From NCBI RefSeq assembly GCF_006345805.1, contig NC_042999.1, positions 64,542,001-64,606,000 of the forward strand: 64,000 bases of DNA, given 5' to 3'. This stretch comes from Octopus sinensis (taxonomy: Eukaryota). A program made the translations under genes and the position numbers. Numbering within the stretch: position 1 is the first letter of the stretch; each line of letters starts with the position of its first letter. Positions 23,140 to 37,544 of this stretch are shown here, one piece after another. The notes below the pieces were generated by a model. It was not told the DNA's origin, ran no database searches, and saw only the letters and a program-made list of their open reading frames with translations.

Positions 23140-23340
23140 TTTTTAGCGAGAATACAGAACATATTTTTGATCCTTTAGTATAGAGTTTGGTCTTAGAAAG
23201 GATATGTGGTTGTATCTGACTTTCTTGGCCTTAAGTTTCCAAATTAATGCCGAGAGGGTCATTGCATATTTCTTCTCGGTGTTTCTAATGGTTGAAAGAA
23301 GGTTGTTGTTTGTGTGTTTAAATGTTCCTTCCACTGATCC
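23140..23340 (-). mobile_element. Penelope-like element, C-terminal (GIY-YIG region) remnant
   Basis: EGTFKHTNNNLLSTIRNTEKKYAMTLSALIWKLKAKKVRY resembles the recalled PLE motif FK.RY.NH..SFR......T.LS.YIW.LK. Confidence 0.55.
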
Positions 23341-23784
23341 AGTATAACGTTTGATCTATGTCCGGCCGTTGCCATAGGTTGCTGATACCTGCGCTTCATA
23401 ATTTCACCTTTTATTTGTTTCAGTCATTGGACTGCAGCCATGCTGGGGCACGTCCTTGGAAGGTTTGGTTCTTAATTTTTAAGCCTGGTGCTTATTCTAT
23501 CCCTCTGTTTTGCCGAACCTATAGTTTAGAGGGACGTAAGTAAACCAACAACGGTTGTTGAGCAGTGGTGAGGGACAAAGACTCACACACACGCTTACAC
23601 CCCCGTGCACCCTCACACTCACACCCACATCCCCACACAACGAGGTTTCATCCTTTACTGTCAACCAAATACACTCACAAGGGATTGGTTGGCCACACGT
23701 CAGATGTAGAAGTAATCGCAGAGCAACAGGACATGAAATATCCGGGAATTGAAAGTACTGTCTTGCGATCGAGAGTGCACTGCC

Positions 23785-23980
23785 TTAACTGGCCATATAA
23801 GTCCCAAATATTCTAGCCAGATCCAGCCTCTCACACCTATCCTACAAGGTCATTCTAAAACTAAACGATCACATCAATGAAATGTGAAAGCTATGGGTTA
23901 ATGCATAATTAATTTAAACCAATGTAAATAAATAATTAGAATATTCAACAGAATAATCTGAATGCTAAAGGGTCAAACCA
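23785..23980. mobile_element. Possible piggyBac-type MITE remnant
   Basis: Ends ctgaatgctaaagggtcaa (CCC-type terminus plus degenerate TTAA); left end not intact. Confidence 0.35.
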
Positions 23981-24830
23981 CGCACCTTCACACGCACACA
24001 TACACACACAGATACACACATGCAAGCACACACGCGCACACACATATATACGGACACAAATGCACACAAGCTGGAGCTTGATCAATCCCAGAGTGAAGTT
24101 ATCTGAAGACTGAAACACATAATGATAGCAAGAAACATCTCTGATCGTGTGTCTAGGTGTATCACAGAATGATGTGTGGAAAGCTACAGACTTATATTCC
24201 AGGCGTGGGTGTATGGCAAGATGCTTGCTTCTAAACGACGTGACTCCGGGTTGGAAAAAATAACCTTCAAAGGTAATAATTATTAAAGTAGATATAGAAA
24301 TAGAATTTTAATATATATATATATATATGAGAGAGGAGGAGGAGGAGGAGTGAGAGAGAGAGAGAGAGAGAGAGATATGCATGTATGTATTGGCGACGAA
24401 TAATTAATACTGTGACCCAGATGCACCCTCGAACAAACAACATTCTACATGGTGGTTCAACATGGTAGAAATTGGAACCAAATATCTTAAGTCACAAAGG
24501 ATATAGGGGAACCTATTTAATAATAGCGCACCTGGGCCAAACAGCAATACATACACACATATCCATATACGATGGGCTTTCGGTATCCGTCTACCATATC
24601 CACTCACAGTGCTTTGATTGGCCCGGGCTGTAGTGAAAGTCGACCAAGGTGCCACACAGTGGGACTGAATCCTGAACCATATGGCTGGGAAGGAATACTC
24701 TTACCACACAGCCACGCTATATATATATCTACTATATCAGTATTATATACCTATATGTACATGAATGTATATATATGTATATGTAAATTCACACAGACAC
24801 ATGTATGTATATAGATATATGAATGTCTGC

Positions 24831-24941
<111 letters not shown>

Positions 24942-25444
24942 CCTGTACTGTTCCACGCCCATTACATTCTTGGTTCTCTAACAGCTTATTCAGCCACCTT
25001 TTCCACTTCCGGTCAGTCAACGGTAGCCATGTTGACAAACCACACGTAAACATTTATATCTCGACTTTCTTCTTCATTCCTCCCCTTTTTTCCCATTACG
25101 TCCTTTTCCATGAACAGATATATCTTTTTAATTAGCTCTTTGCAGTTCTATAAGCATCAAACTGATATTATTTATCGCGAACATACATATATATATATTC
25201 AGACACAACTATACATATACTTATACACACACATGTATGTATGTATGTATGTATGTATGTATGTATGTATGTATGTATGTATGTATGTATGTATGTATGT
25301 ATGTTTGTATGTATGTATGTATGTATATATATATATACATATATATATATACATACATATATACACATATATATATACATATATATACATATTTACACAC
25401 ACACACATATATATATATATACATACATATATATACATATATAT

Positions 25445-25649
25445 ACTCTTTTTACTTGTTTCAGTCATTTGACTGGCCATGCCTTTAGTCGAGCAAATCG
25501 ACCCCAGGACTTATTCTTTGTAAGCCTAGTGCATATTCTATCGGTCTCTTTTGCCGAACCACTAAGTTACGCGGACGTAAACACCAGCATCGGTTGTCAA
25601 GCGATGTTGGGGGGACAAACACAGACACAGAAACATATACACACACATG

Positions 25650-25711
<62 letters not shown>

Positions 25712-25830
25712 CATATATACTACGGGCTTCTTTCAGTTTCCGTCTACCAAATCCACTCACAAGGCTTTGGTCGGCCCGAGGCTATAATAAAAGACACATG
25801 TCCAAGGTGCCACGCAGTGGGACTGGAATA
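25445..25830 (-). mobile_element. SINE family B with expanded internal (TA)n
   Basis: Colinear with 18695-19078; other B copies at about 23405-23600, 24560-24715, 43725-43850, 43965-44340, 46480-46690, 52550-52790. Confidence 0.85.
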
Positions 25831-26051
25831 CATATATGTGTGTGCGTGCGTGTGCGTATAAATATATGTATATAGTCTTTTGGGGCTGAGATTCGTAGGG
25901 GAATGAGTTCAAATTTTTGAGACCATACTGTAGCTATCTCAGCGAATAAAAATTTACACGGACTCTGCTTTACGTACAGAAATAATTTTTGCCGTTTGTT
26001 ACTCTGCCTATATGTTTACGTGTATATAAGTATGTATACACCACAGACACA

Positions 26052-26103
<52 letters not shown>

Positions 26104-27096
26104 GGCACACACACGCACAAATTTGTACATGTGCATGTGTGTGGAGAGGTGCATGATATAATATTTCAATAAGAATAAGCCAGTTTCAGTATTTGATATT
26201 CCGGATGATGGCGAATCAAATGCTGCTGATGTGACTTTCACAATATTACCGCAGCTTTGAGCCAAAGCTGGACAGAAATACTAAGAAAACAACAGACAAA
26301 AGCTTGAATCTTTTACACCATGGCCAGCCAAGCAAGCTACTTTCTTCACGCCGGCTCAGTGTAACTGATGCTGTGAGCGGTAATATGTGTTAATGCATCC
26401 CATCTCTAGGATGGATTCTAATACTCCTACTGAATATATTTAGAACTGTTTCTTTAATTTGCAGTGCTAAGTTCAAGATATTTTATAGTTCTAAGACATC
26501 TTAGAAGCACTCACTCAGTCGCATCGTCTATAAAGACACTACACCAAAAGTATTCGCTTTGTACCTGATTGGTTGATCGTGGTGAGAACAAGACGACCAG
26601 TTTCATTTTGAGTCTTGTATAATAACATGGAAAATGCTACATGCAATGTTAGAAGATAGTGTTTTTTTTCTCTCCAGATTATTCCATATGGTCTAAGACT
26701 TGACATTAAAGGGAACCTCTATGTGGTGGCTGAAACTGTTCGATATCTCAGTCAAATTTCAATCCCATCGTCTTAAGTGATGAAGGATACATTAGGTAGT
26801 GTAAGCATATATTCGTTATAAATTTCCTCCTAAAGAGACGGGTTGTTATGCTTTTGAGCATAGGTCTGCTAGATCAGTATTGAGTTACACAACAACAAAA
26901 ACAATGACAATAATAACAACAACGATAATATAATCTATGTTTTGATCTTGAGAGTTGATGAAATGAGATAAGATAAATCCAAACTCTATATTATCTAACT
27001 GTGAAGAAGAACTGTGAAATAAGTTACTGAAACGAGAACTAGTTTTCGTAGAGGAATAACATAAATAAACAAATAAATTATAAGGTCATTACTTAC

Positions 27097-27671
27097 CTAA
27101 TTTGATAACTTTCGATACGGTAGCTTTGTATATTGGTTCCTTCGGTGTATCTATCTTTTTGGAGTCACTGGTTCGAATCACACTGGGTGACTTAAAAGAC
27201 ATTACTGGTGGAGATAGGCAGGTGGTTGGTGGGGCAGTAAAGTAGGAGGAAGTTGTTTTAATAGCGTTGTTGTTGTTGTTGTTGATAATGGTGGTGGTGG
27301 TGGTGGCGGTAGTAGACGTGGTGGTGCTAGATGCATTAACAGCAGGAACAGGAGAAGCTGCAGTGGCAGCCATCGCAGAAGTAGTAAAAGAAGGAAAAGA
27401 AGAAGGCGGAGGAGGAGGTGGAAGAAGAGGAGGAAAGGTCGATGAAACTGAGGATGAAGGTAATGATGATAATGATAATAATTGAGGTAATGGTGAAGAG
27501 ATGTGGGTTGTGGAAGACAGAGAAAGGGGAGAGGTGGTTGTATTCGGTAGCGAAGGTGCTGGCGTTACTGGTTGGAATATGGAGGTGGGAGAAGGCGACG
27601 TGGTCTGTTTACAAAGATTCATTGCCAGAGAAGAAATGGATAAGGCACCAGGGTGAATACAATAATGGTAA
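27097..27671 (-). CDS. Candidate internal host exon encoding a Ser/Thr/Pro-rich segment (product unknown)
   Basis: Within the stop-free 248-codon frame 27089..27835; ends in non-repetitive ...SFKSPSVIRTSDSKKIDTPKEPIYKATVSKVIKL at a consensus donor AG|GTAAGT (27097/27096); pyrimidine-rich acceptor ttgtccattgtctctag| at 27672; 5' boundary uncertain. Confidence 0.45.
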
Positions 27672-27749
27672 CTAGAGACAATGGACAACGGAGGTTGAAT
27701 AACAGCAACAGAAATTGTGACAGACACAACAAGAGTATTAGTAGCAGCA

Positions 27750-28240
27750 GCAGTAACAACAACAACAACAACAATAATAATAATAATTATTATTATTATT
27801 AATAATAATAATGATGATAATAATAATAATTGCAAGCACTACCACCGTCACTCCCCTAAAATCGTCACCATCACCATCTTAATCATAATCATCATAATAA
27901 TGATCATTTTTATTATCATTATCGTTAACATCTTGAACTCTGTTAGTTAACACCACCACCACCACCACTGCCGCCACCACCACCACTGCCGCCACCACCA
28001 CCACTGCCGCCACCACCACCACTGCCGCCACCACCACCACTGCCGCCACCACCACCACTGCCGCCACCACCGCCACCACCACCACCGCTCCCACAACAAG
28101 AGCAACAAACAACTGCCACCCCCACCACTGCCACCACCAACACCACTGCCACCACCAACACCACTGCCACCACCAACACCACTGCCACCACCACTATTAC
28201 CAACAACCACAACACCACAACCAGCGCTACTGCTGCTGTG

Positions 28241-28297
<57 letters not shown>

Positions 28298-29690
28298 GCA
28301 CCAGCAGCATTGCAGAAATAACAACAACAGCAACTACATCTATTCCTATTAACACACTACTAATACTACTACCACCGACATCGCACCAATCCCTACACCA
28401 CCACCTCCATCTCCACCACCACCACCACCACCACTACCACCACCACCACTACCACCACCACAACAACAACAGCAGCAGTAGCAGCAGCAATAACAACAAC
28501 AACAATTACACTAATTACCAAACTGTAATTATGCTAATGAAGATTGTTCATGTTATTATAACTAACTATAAAACAATTTCGAATGAATGCACCGAGCCAC
28601 CGCCGCTTCTAAGTAAATATTATCGTTTTACTGAGCCACTACCACCACCACCACCACCACCACCACTACTGTCACACTACCATCACCATCACCAGCAATA
28701 ACACTGTCACCACCACCTCCACCACTGTCACCAATATTACCACCTCCACAATCCATTTATTTTTCCACCACCACCGCCATCTTTTTTTGATACCAGCACC
28801 ACCAACTCCATCATCACCACGAGCCAGCGAGGAAATTCTTTTTCTATGCTGTTGTTCATTCAACCTGCTAGAAATAGCGACCAAATTCCTTCAAATCACA
28901 CTACAGTAAGTCATCGTAATCGGAAGGACACATTAAACAATGCGATGCTGAAGCGGCTGTGAGAAGCTTTTTGTAAGGTGTGTCTGCTTGGTTGGGGTTG
29001 ATACAAGTCTAGACATCTCCATCGCCACCATCACCACCACCAACAATAACAACAACGGTACCACTGCTACCATAAATGTCCACTACATTGTATAGTGCCT
29101 CCTATGCAACCAGTGTCACCATCACCACCAGTACCTGCACCACCACTACATCATAATCTCTACAACCATCCAATCCTAACACCCCACCATTAAAGTAATC
29201 AATAATAGCAAAACCAACACCGCCACTATAGCCACCACTACTACCACCACTATCACCACCACCAATATCGATGCATCTACCACCACTACCACCTCCAGTA
29301 ATAAGCATTACCAAAAGTACCACCACCAGTACTAATGTCACCAATAAGAACACGTTCACCACTACTAACACCATCACTAACAATCAATAACATTACAAAT
29401 CCCTTCCCCTCAAATTTCGAGCCTTGTGCCTAGAATAGAAAAGATTACTAATACCACCACCACCACCGTCAACATGTAACACTTCCAACACCAGCGTAAC
29501 CAATAACAATAATACCAACAAAGCTACTGTAGCCACTACCACCAGTACTACTACTACTACTATTACTACTACTACTACTACTACTACTACCATCACCAAC
29601 ACCTCCACCATCATCACCATTTCCACAAACAACTCCATTAACAATATCTTCAACGGAACAAATGCCAAAAGTACCACCGCCCACAATGTA
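27750..29690 (+). repeat. About 2-kb degenerate trinucleotide block ((ACC)n, (ACT)n, (AAT)n, (AAC)n; 18-bp accaccaccactgccgcc units at 27955-28085)
   Basis: Direct reading; similar block at 36090-36430. Confidence 0.9.
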
Positions 29691-30462
29691 CCCCGTTGTT
29701 ACAATCTGAGGACTAGAGGTATATATCTCCAGAGCAGCAGAGTGCGTCCATCATACTACCTTACCATCCTTTCTTCGTAACCCAGTTTAAAGATTTATAA
29801 ACTATGTATTGTTAACAAACTCTTCTTTAATATTTAGAGATTTTCTAGGGTGGCGATTTTCTAGGTGGTGGAATCGACAGCATGCCGGGTAAAATGCTTA
29901 GCGGCATTTCGTCTGTCCTTACTTACTGAGTTTAAAATCTGAAGAGGTCGAATTTGCTGTTCATTCTTTCGGAAATGATAAAGCACGGAATTTTGTCAGT
30001 GAACAGGTCGCGGTCACAAAGCGACGAAAATATTTTGGCAAATTAAATTTAAATGTTGAAGTGAATCTAAGGGTTTTTGTATGTTTCTTAAATGGCTTAT
30101 AAACACCTTCCACGCTGCAATTGTCTTCGTTCCAGTACACGACCTCAGATCAGGTTACTTGCTATGCAAGTACATCCCCAAAATAATTATTAGTCTATGT
30201 AAACGACTTGTCGCACCCCGCCAAAACTGCTGGCCTTGTGCCAATATTTAAACCAACATTTTAAGATCTTGATAGTCTCAGAACTGTATGTCTATATCTG
30301 AGGCCTTCTTTTCTTTAGGTCTTCATATACTGACGTCATTGTAGGGGTACCGTTGTGATATAGCATTTTCAATCTGGCAGAGCCCCTCTCGTTCTAGGTC
30401 ACATTATGCCCGATTTCTTCCTGACTTCCAGAGTGAAAGCAAGAGGAAGAAAGAAACAAAGC

Positions 30463-30513
<51 letters not shown>

Positions 30514-30549
30514 GGAGGGAGAATTCGGGAGAAGACGATGAAAAGAATA

Positions 30550-30768
30550 ATAACCCTTTCTACTATAGGGACAGGGCCAGAAATTTTGGAGGAAGGGGCT
30601 AGTCGATTAGACGGATCCCGGTACTCGACTAATAAATATTTTACTGATCCCGAAAGGATGAAAGGCAAAGTCAACCTCGGCGGAATCTGAACTCCGAACG
30701 TAAAGACAGATGAAATGCCGCTAAGCATTTTGCCTGGCGTGCTAACAATTCTGCCAGTTCGCTGCCTT
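30550..30768 (-). mobile_element. SINE family A monomer (long tail)
   Basis: gaaaggatgaaaggcaaagtcaacctcggcggaat...ctgccagttcgctgcctt. Confidence 0.85.
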
Positions 30769-30884
30769 AATAATAATGCCAATTTATTGTGACAACTGCC
30801 CAAAAGAGCGTAACACACGTGGTAAATTACCAACGGTGACAACAATGATGATAATAGTAATAGTAGTAGTAATAATAATAATAA

Positions 30885-31392
30885 GATGGTATAGGCACAC
30901 GCCAGTAAAGGTCACAGAAAACGAGAAAGCAACCATACTCTGGGATATGCCAATACGAACAAATAGAAATTAAGGCCAACAGACCAGAAATAGTTGTCAG
31001 AGATCATGAAGAAAAAAATTGCTTTCTAATTGATGTATCAATACAGATGACAACGTTTCTCTGAAAGAAATGGAGAAACTTCCAAAATACAAAGACTTGG
31101 AAATAGAGGTAACTCGAATGTGGAATCTAACAACAAAAACAATTCCTATCATAGTAGGCGCATTAGGTATGATAAAAAAAATATTCAGACAAATACATAA
31201 TAAAAACACCAGGACTTACAAATATAACAAACAGAAAATTGCACTACTGGGCACTGCACACATCCTACGCAAAACACTTTCAAAACAGTAACCATAAGAG
31301 TATCACAGAAAACCACAGCACATACCCAGGCCACACAGAACCTCGCTCGGTAGTGAAGAGAAATCACACTATAAAAATAAAATTACTGAATA
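30885..31392 (+). mobile_element. R4/Dong-like element family 2, 5'-truncated RLE plus 3' UTR, within (AAT)n
   Basis: ENEKATILWDMPIRT..IKANRPEIVVRD..CFLIDVSI..KEMEKLPKYKDLEIEVTRMW..IPIIVGALG..ALLGTAHILRK; aataataataataa upstream and gcaataataat downstream. Confidence 0.88.
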
Positions 31393-31641
31393 GCAATAAT
31401 AATAGATCATATTGGACCGAGGTAAATCCTCCAGAAGTTATAGAGAAATAAAGAGAAGAGTGTCATGTAAAATTGGTTGAACGATATTTCGGCATCTAGT
31501 GTGCCTTATACAGGATCAAAAATTACATGCAAGTCTACTTCATTGTTTTTCTTCTTAAGATTATATATGACTGAGGTCCTACCCCATATGAGAATAAAAT
31601 TGTTTGAACTTTTAAGGTGTTTCCATTATTTTGTCCAACCC

Positions 31642-31676
<35 letters not shown>

Positions 31677-31710
31677 TCTGTGTGTTTATATATTTAAATA
31701 TATCTATATG

Positions 31711-31803
<93 letters not shown>

Positions 31804-32644
31804 TTATTGTCTGGGGAAATTCATATTGTCTTAATGCCTTATCATTTAACACACTCACTGGTTCGATTTCCATTCATTATTTTTATTTTTTATTCCAAAA
31901 TTTTCGTTGCCTTTTGCAACCTTGCTAAAGGAGGTTGACTGTGTCCATTATATACATGCTTACATAAATTCACACCCACACATGTACACATGAATGCAAG
32001 CCAGGTTAGAAATCTATTCCCTTTTTTGCCGATCATTGTTTAATTAAATTTTTCTTTCGAACAATGCATACATACTTCGGAAGTTCCCAGATGCCATAGA
32101 GTTACAAAGAATTTGTGTACAGTACACTCTGTTAAAATTTTTGTAACTTCCTTTCAAGATTTATATACTTGCGTAACTCTGTCGGGATTTTATGTGCGCT
32201 GTAGCATGTATACGCTAGATAGGAGAGCTAAAGCGTCTATCAAATGTTTAATTCAATGTGAGCATTGGGATATTTTGTGTATACGCGTATATATAAATAC
32301 ACGCACGCACACACACATGTATATACATACGTGCTCACACACATATATACATGTATATATGTAGGTGCATATATATTCATATATATGTGTATATACATAT
32401 ATGTATACATATGTTAACACTTATTTTTATGTTCAGTTATAACAAAAAAAAAAATACATTAATCTGGTGAGATACTTTATGCTCGTAATTGCATTAAATT
32501 AATTTTAATAAAATTATTTCAGAAATGCAATATTAGTGAAAAAACCCCTCCAAAACACTGAGAAGTGAGAAAAGAAAACTTTATCCATATAGATAAGTAA
32601 AAATAGGAATACATAGATACATATAATTATTTCTTTTTTTTATT

Positions 32645-33809
32645 TCATTTAGTTTCAGCTGACAAGCTGTGGCCATGCTGGGGCACCACCATTTGGTGTT
32701 GCTACATGATTTTACTTCACGAATGCTTTTTAGCAAATGCCATCTGGTGCATGAGAGAGTTCGATGCAGCTGCCCTCATCTGCACCTCCTGCCATGAAGT
32801 TGGTTCATCTGGGACACCTGACAAGAAGAGATCCAGTTTTATTTTAAAGACATCTGCATCCACCCCATGCAGGTCTCTTAGGTTCTTCGGGAGGATATTG
32901 AAGAGCTGTGGGCCTCGGAAGCCCAGGCTATCACAGTATCTTGTCCTAAATCTTGATGGCAAATTTGGAGTCCTTGGCACTATGCAGTGGCGCCCAGTTC
33001 TGGCATTTGTGTAACTCTCGATGCCAAACTTTGGGACAAGTCCTTCCAGTATCTTCCAGATGTATATTATGGCATATCCTTCTCGCTTACGCTCTAAGGA
33101 ATAGAGCCTCAATCTCTTGAGTATTTCCCAATAGCTTATATTCTGCACAGAGGCTATCTTCTTCGTGTAGCTTCGTTGGATCGCCTCAAGTTCTGTGATT
33201 AACTTGATACTGGATGGTGACCATAGCTGAGAGCAATAGTCAAAGTGGCTTAGGACAAGTGTCCTCCAGAGGACCATCATGGTTTCCTGGTCTCTTGTTC
33301 TAAAGGTTCTAAGAATCCATCCAGTCAGCCGCCTACATTTCATTGCCAATTTAGCAACATGCACATGAAAGGCTGCATCATCACTCATGTAAATACCCAG
33401 GTCTAGCACTGATTGTGCCTCTGGGATTGCATTTCCTCCAGGTCCAGTGTATTTATTGGGTATTGCATTTAGTTTTGCATGCTGATAGTATAAAGCTTGA
33501 AACTTTTCAGCATTGAACTGCATGCTATTCTTTTCAGCCCACTTGTATATTTTGTCCAGCTCACATTGCAGGTGCTTATTGTCTTCAGGGTTCTATATTA
33601 CCTTTTGTATCATCTGCATAACTTGTGATCGTGGCTCTCTGCGTGGCTGAGGTCATGTCTGAGAGGGCCATTATGAACAGTAGTGGTCCCAGAACAGTGC
33701 CTTGCGGAACACCGCTCACTATTTGCGTGTTAATGGAAGTGGCCCCATTGGCTACTACCACCTGACTTCTATCCTTCAGAAAGTCATGAAGCCATTCTCC
33801 CAATTTTCC

Positions 33810-33812
<3 letters not shown>
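32645..33812 (-). mobile_element. 5'-truncated CR1-group (Zenon-like) LINE: RT and C-terminus, 3' UTR
   Basis: VPQGTVLGPLLF, YADDTK, then ORF 32717..33523 (LSHFDYCSQLWSP, YSLERKREGYAIIYIWKILEGLVP); frameshift between the two ORFs. Confidence 0.9.
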
Positions 33813-33891
<79 letters not shown>

Positions 33892-34697
33892 TAAAGTTAA
33901 TCCAAACAAGAAAGCACAAAAAAACACAACAACGTGAGGACGTGGAACAAATATAGTATTATTGGACGTGTGTGTGTGTACGATTATATATCATTCAACT
34001 ACGGTAGTAGTTGAATAATATTCTTATGGCCGCAGTTTACTCACACGCACCATCTTTCAGAGCTTGTCGCTAATTCAATTCTTAACCAAATAGAAAAGTG
34101 TTAACATTTTTGAAGAGGACTGGTCCCTAGCCAAATTTTGGCATAAGAAATTGAGATTTGGTCCTGTAGAAGAAAATTTGTAGTAACTTTATAGGAGAGT
34201 AAGTAACGCAACCAATCAAGTTTAGATATAAATAACTTTTTTATTTTATCTTAAATGCAAAATATATTTATCTTAGCTTCAATGATAGAAGAAAGCATGA
34301 AGAAGTGCATAGTTTTGGTGCCATGCAACAAAAATTTGTATAAAAAAAGTTGTGAGGTAAAATATCATAAAAAAATATAAGGACTGTTTTAACGAAGTCG
34401 CATCTTGTCATTGCTTTCGTAACGCGGAGTAGATGAAACAGGGACATCTGATGAAGGAGAATGTTGATTGTCTCGTATCTCTGCTTTTATTCGTTGTTCG
34501 AACAAAGTTCGTTTTCTATGTTTTTGTTTTTATGCTTTCGTTTCTCATTGTGTTCAATGTTTTTTTATGTCCTGTACCTATATATGCATCTATATATACA
34601 TATACATATATCTAGGTATGTACATATATGTATGTATATATGCATATATTTATGTATTATTTATATTATATATATATGCATAGATTTATGTATTATT

Positions 34698-34741
<44 letters not shown>

Positions 34742-36617
34742 TATATCTATATATATATATATATATATAATATATATATACATACTTATCTATTCTTTTC
34801 CTTTTTATCTGCTTCTTTTTCTTTTCAGAGAGATTATTGGATAAATACTGCTTTTCAATTATTTTGATTAAATTTGATTAAGATAAAGTATATATCAGAG
34901 AATATTTTCATTTAGTGGCATTTATCTTAATGAAACAGCTGTTGAATCTTCTTACATTATGAAATACTTGTGAATTTTCTGCTTTTATGTTTGGTATGTT
35001 GCACTTGAACGTTTTAGTTGATCATGTGTAAGCATGCGAGCCGGTCTTGCTTGGATTTACTGCAGTGTATTAACCTGTCAGAGATTAACATGTGTTATTA
35101 ATTGAGCATGTGTTATTAATTAACTACCGAGGGTTTAGTCTTTGATGTTTATACATCGATTTTCTCTTTTTCTGTAAACATATACTCGCACAGAATTAAG
35201 ATTTTTAAAATATAATATACACTTACATAATGCATCTACAAGTACGACTCGCAAATGTGTATAAATGCATGTGTAAATTTCTTCTTAGTTGTATGTATGT
35301 GTGTGTGAGAGAGAGAGCAGAAAGAGGAAAGATAATCTGTGTATGTGCATTTGTGTGTGTATGTATGTATTAAGAAGGCAATAAGCATAAAAAGAAGACG
35401 TGGAAGAACAAGTTTAAAAAAAATTAGTTTGAAATTAAAAAAAAAGGGAACGGGTCTCGATGTTTCGGATATTAGTCCTTCATGAACAGACAGAATACGT
35501 AAAGGTTTGAGGTTAGGTGAGAATGCAGCTCAATGGGGGAGTTAAGAAGAGAGGTGGGGGCATTGTGATGTGTGCATGTGTAGAAGTGTCACCATTTATA
35601 TAGACAGCATGGGGACTTGTGTATATGTGTGGTGGTATTGTGTGCGTGTGGTTCTTGTTTTCTGTGGAAGTGTGTGAAAGTTTGGAACTATGATGGTATG
35701 TGTGTGTCTGCATATATATATATATTTCTTTGTCTCTTGGTACGTGTGTGTATATGTGTATGCGTGTGTGTGTGTATGTGTGTGTGAGTTTGTGTGGCTG
35801 TGTGCGTGTGTACATTTATTCAGATATGTGTGGGAATCTTTCACCGATTTTTATGGACTTAGTTTGTGCACCTAAACCAGAAAACTGGGAAAATTGGTGG
35901 TCCACGAAGGATGAATTAGACATTCCCTTGTCTCGGCCCTCAACATAAATTTAATGAAATAATCATGGATTTGTTGATGAGGTACAGCTAACGACGCTAT
36001 TGATCACAAGTTGCGGTATAAAATACATAGTCTTCCTTCAAATATTACCTGCAGCAGCACCACGAGCAGAACTCTCCCACCCGTACTCCCCCACAAGCAC
36101 TGCCCCACCACCACCACTACCACCACCATCACGACGACGACGACCATCACCACCACCACTTTCAACGCCTCCACCATAGCTGCCGCCGTCACCATTACTA
36201 TCACCGCCGCCACCACACCACTACTGCTGCCAACGCCACCACCACCACCGCCGCTGCCGCTTCCAACACCGGCAACACCACCACCACCACTACCGACTCT
36301 ACCATTACCATCATCATCATCATCAGTAGTATAACATCATATCCTCCTCTTCCCCACCTTCTCCTCGTCCTTCTCTTCGTCGTCGTCGTCGTCGTCGTCG
36401 TCCTCCTCCTCCTCCTCATCATCATCATCACAAAACTATCTTCATAACGAGCATCAACTGCAGCAGCTGCAGCAGCATAGCCCCCCCCCACCACCAGTAA
36501 CGCACATTTAACCACAACACACCAGCTTCTTCGTAAACTATATCAGTTGCAGCTGCCAATATGAAACTCTGGTGGCGCATCTGCGTGAGCCTGTGTGCAT
36601 ATAAGTGCATATATATA

Positions 36618-36670
<53 letters not shown>

Positions 36671-36673
36671 ATA

Positions 36674-36720
<47 letters not shown>

Positions 36721-37239
36721 ACATCTGAATGCATAATTGTGAAATTTCGCGCCCGTGTGTATATATAAGCTGCAGTATGTGTGAACATATAGGCTTTTAT
36801 ATAATTATTAAGGTTTCCCTGAAGAATTCCTAATGTAGACACCCACTAGCATATTACATGTATAGTGTAGGGATTGGCCTACTCACATACACATATACAT
36901 ACGCGAGCGTCAGCGCACAAAATCACGCACACGCAAGTATACACATACATACACGCATCTATATAAATACATCTTACATTGAGTATTGAGTACTTCTTCT
37001 TCCGTATCTTCACCGACGAGTATGTCTGTGTGTCTGTGTATATGTGTGGTGGTGTGTGTGTGTGTGCGTGAGCATGTGTGTGCATTTAAGTATATACATA
37101 TTTATATATATGCATATATCTTTTAAACACGCACAAGTCAAAGGTTGACAGTGATTTCGAAGTTTCCACTTGTTCGCCTTCATCAGGTTACGAACGTGAA
37201 TGTTGTGAGTGTATATATTTTCTCTACTCTATACCATTT

Positions 37240-37385
<146 letters not shown>

Positions 37386-37544
37386 GTCTGTCTGCCTGTC
37401 TGCCTGTCAGTCAATCAGTCTCTCTGTTTGTCTATCCATCTTTCTGTCTGGTCAGTCTTTTTTCTTTTATATACTTTTCCTCTTACAAATTGCAATCATG
37501 TTCTCAGTTAAAGATTTAACCCAAGCTTATAATGCAAAAAGAAG

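Noticed and set aside
27879-29686. Gly/Val-rich ORFs on the minus strand
   Set aside because: Products of degenerate trinucleotide repeats; frames shift repeatedly
34448-34490. ctgatgaagg as a hammerhead core
   Set aside because: No downstream GAAA closing a stem II
36011-36600. His/Thr/Pro-rich or hydrophobic ORFs in the triplet block
   Set aside because: CAC/ACC/CTC/GTC/ATC repeats are stop-free in several frames; splice-like signals occur on both strands, so no frame is favoured
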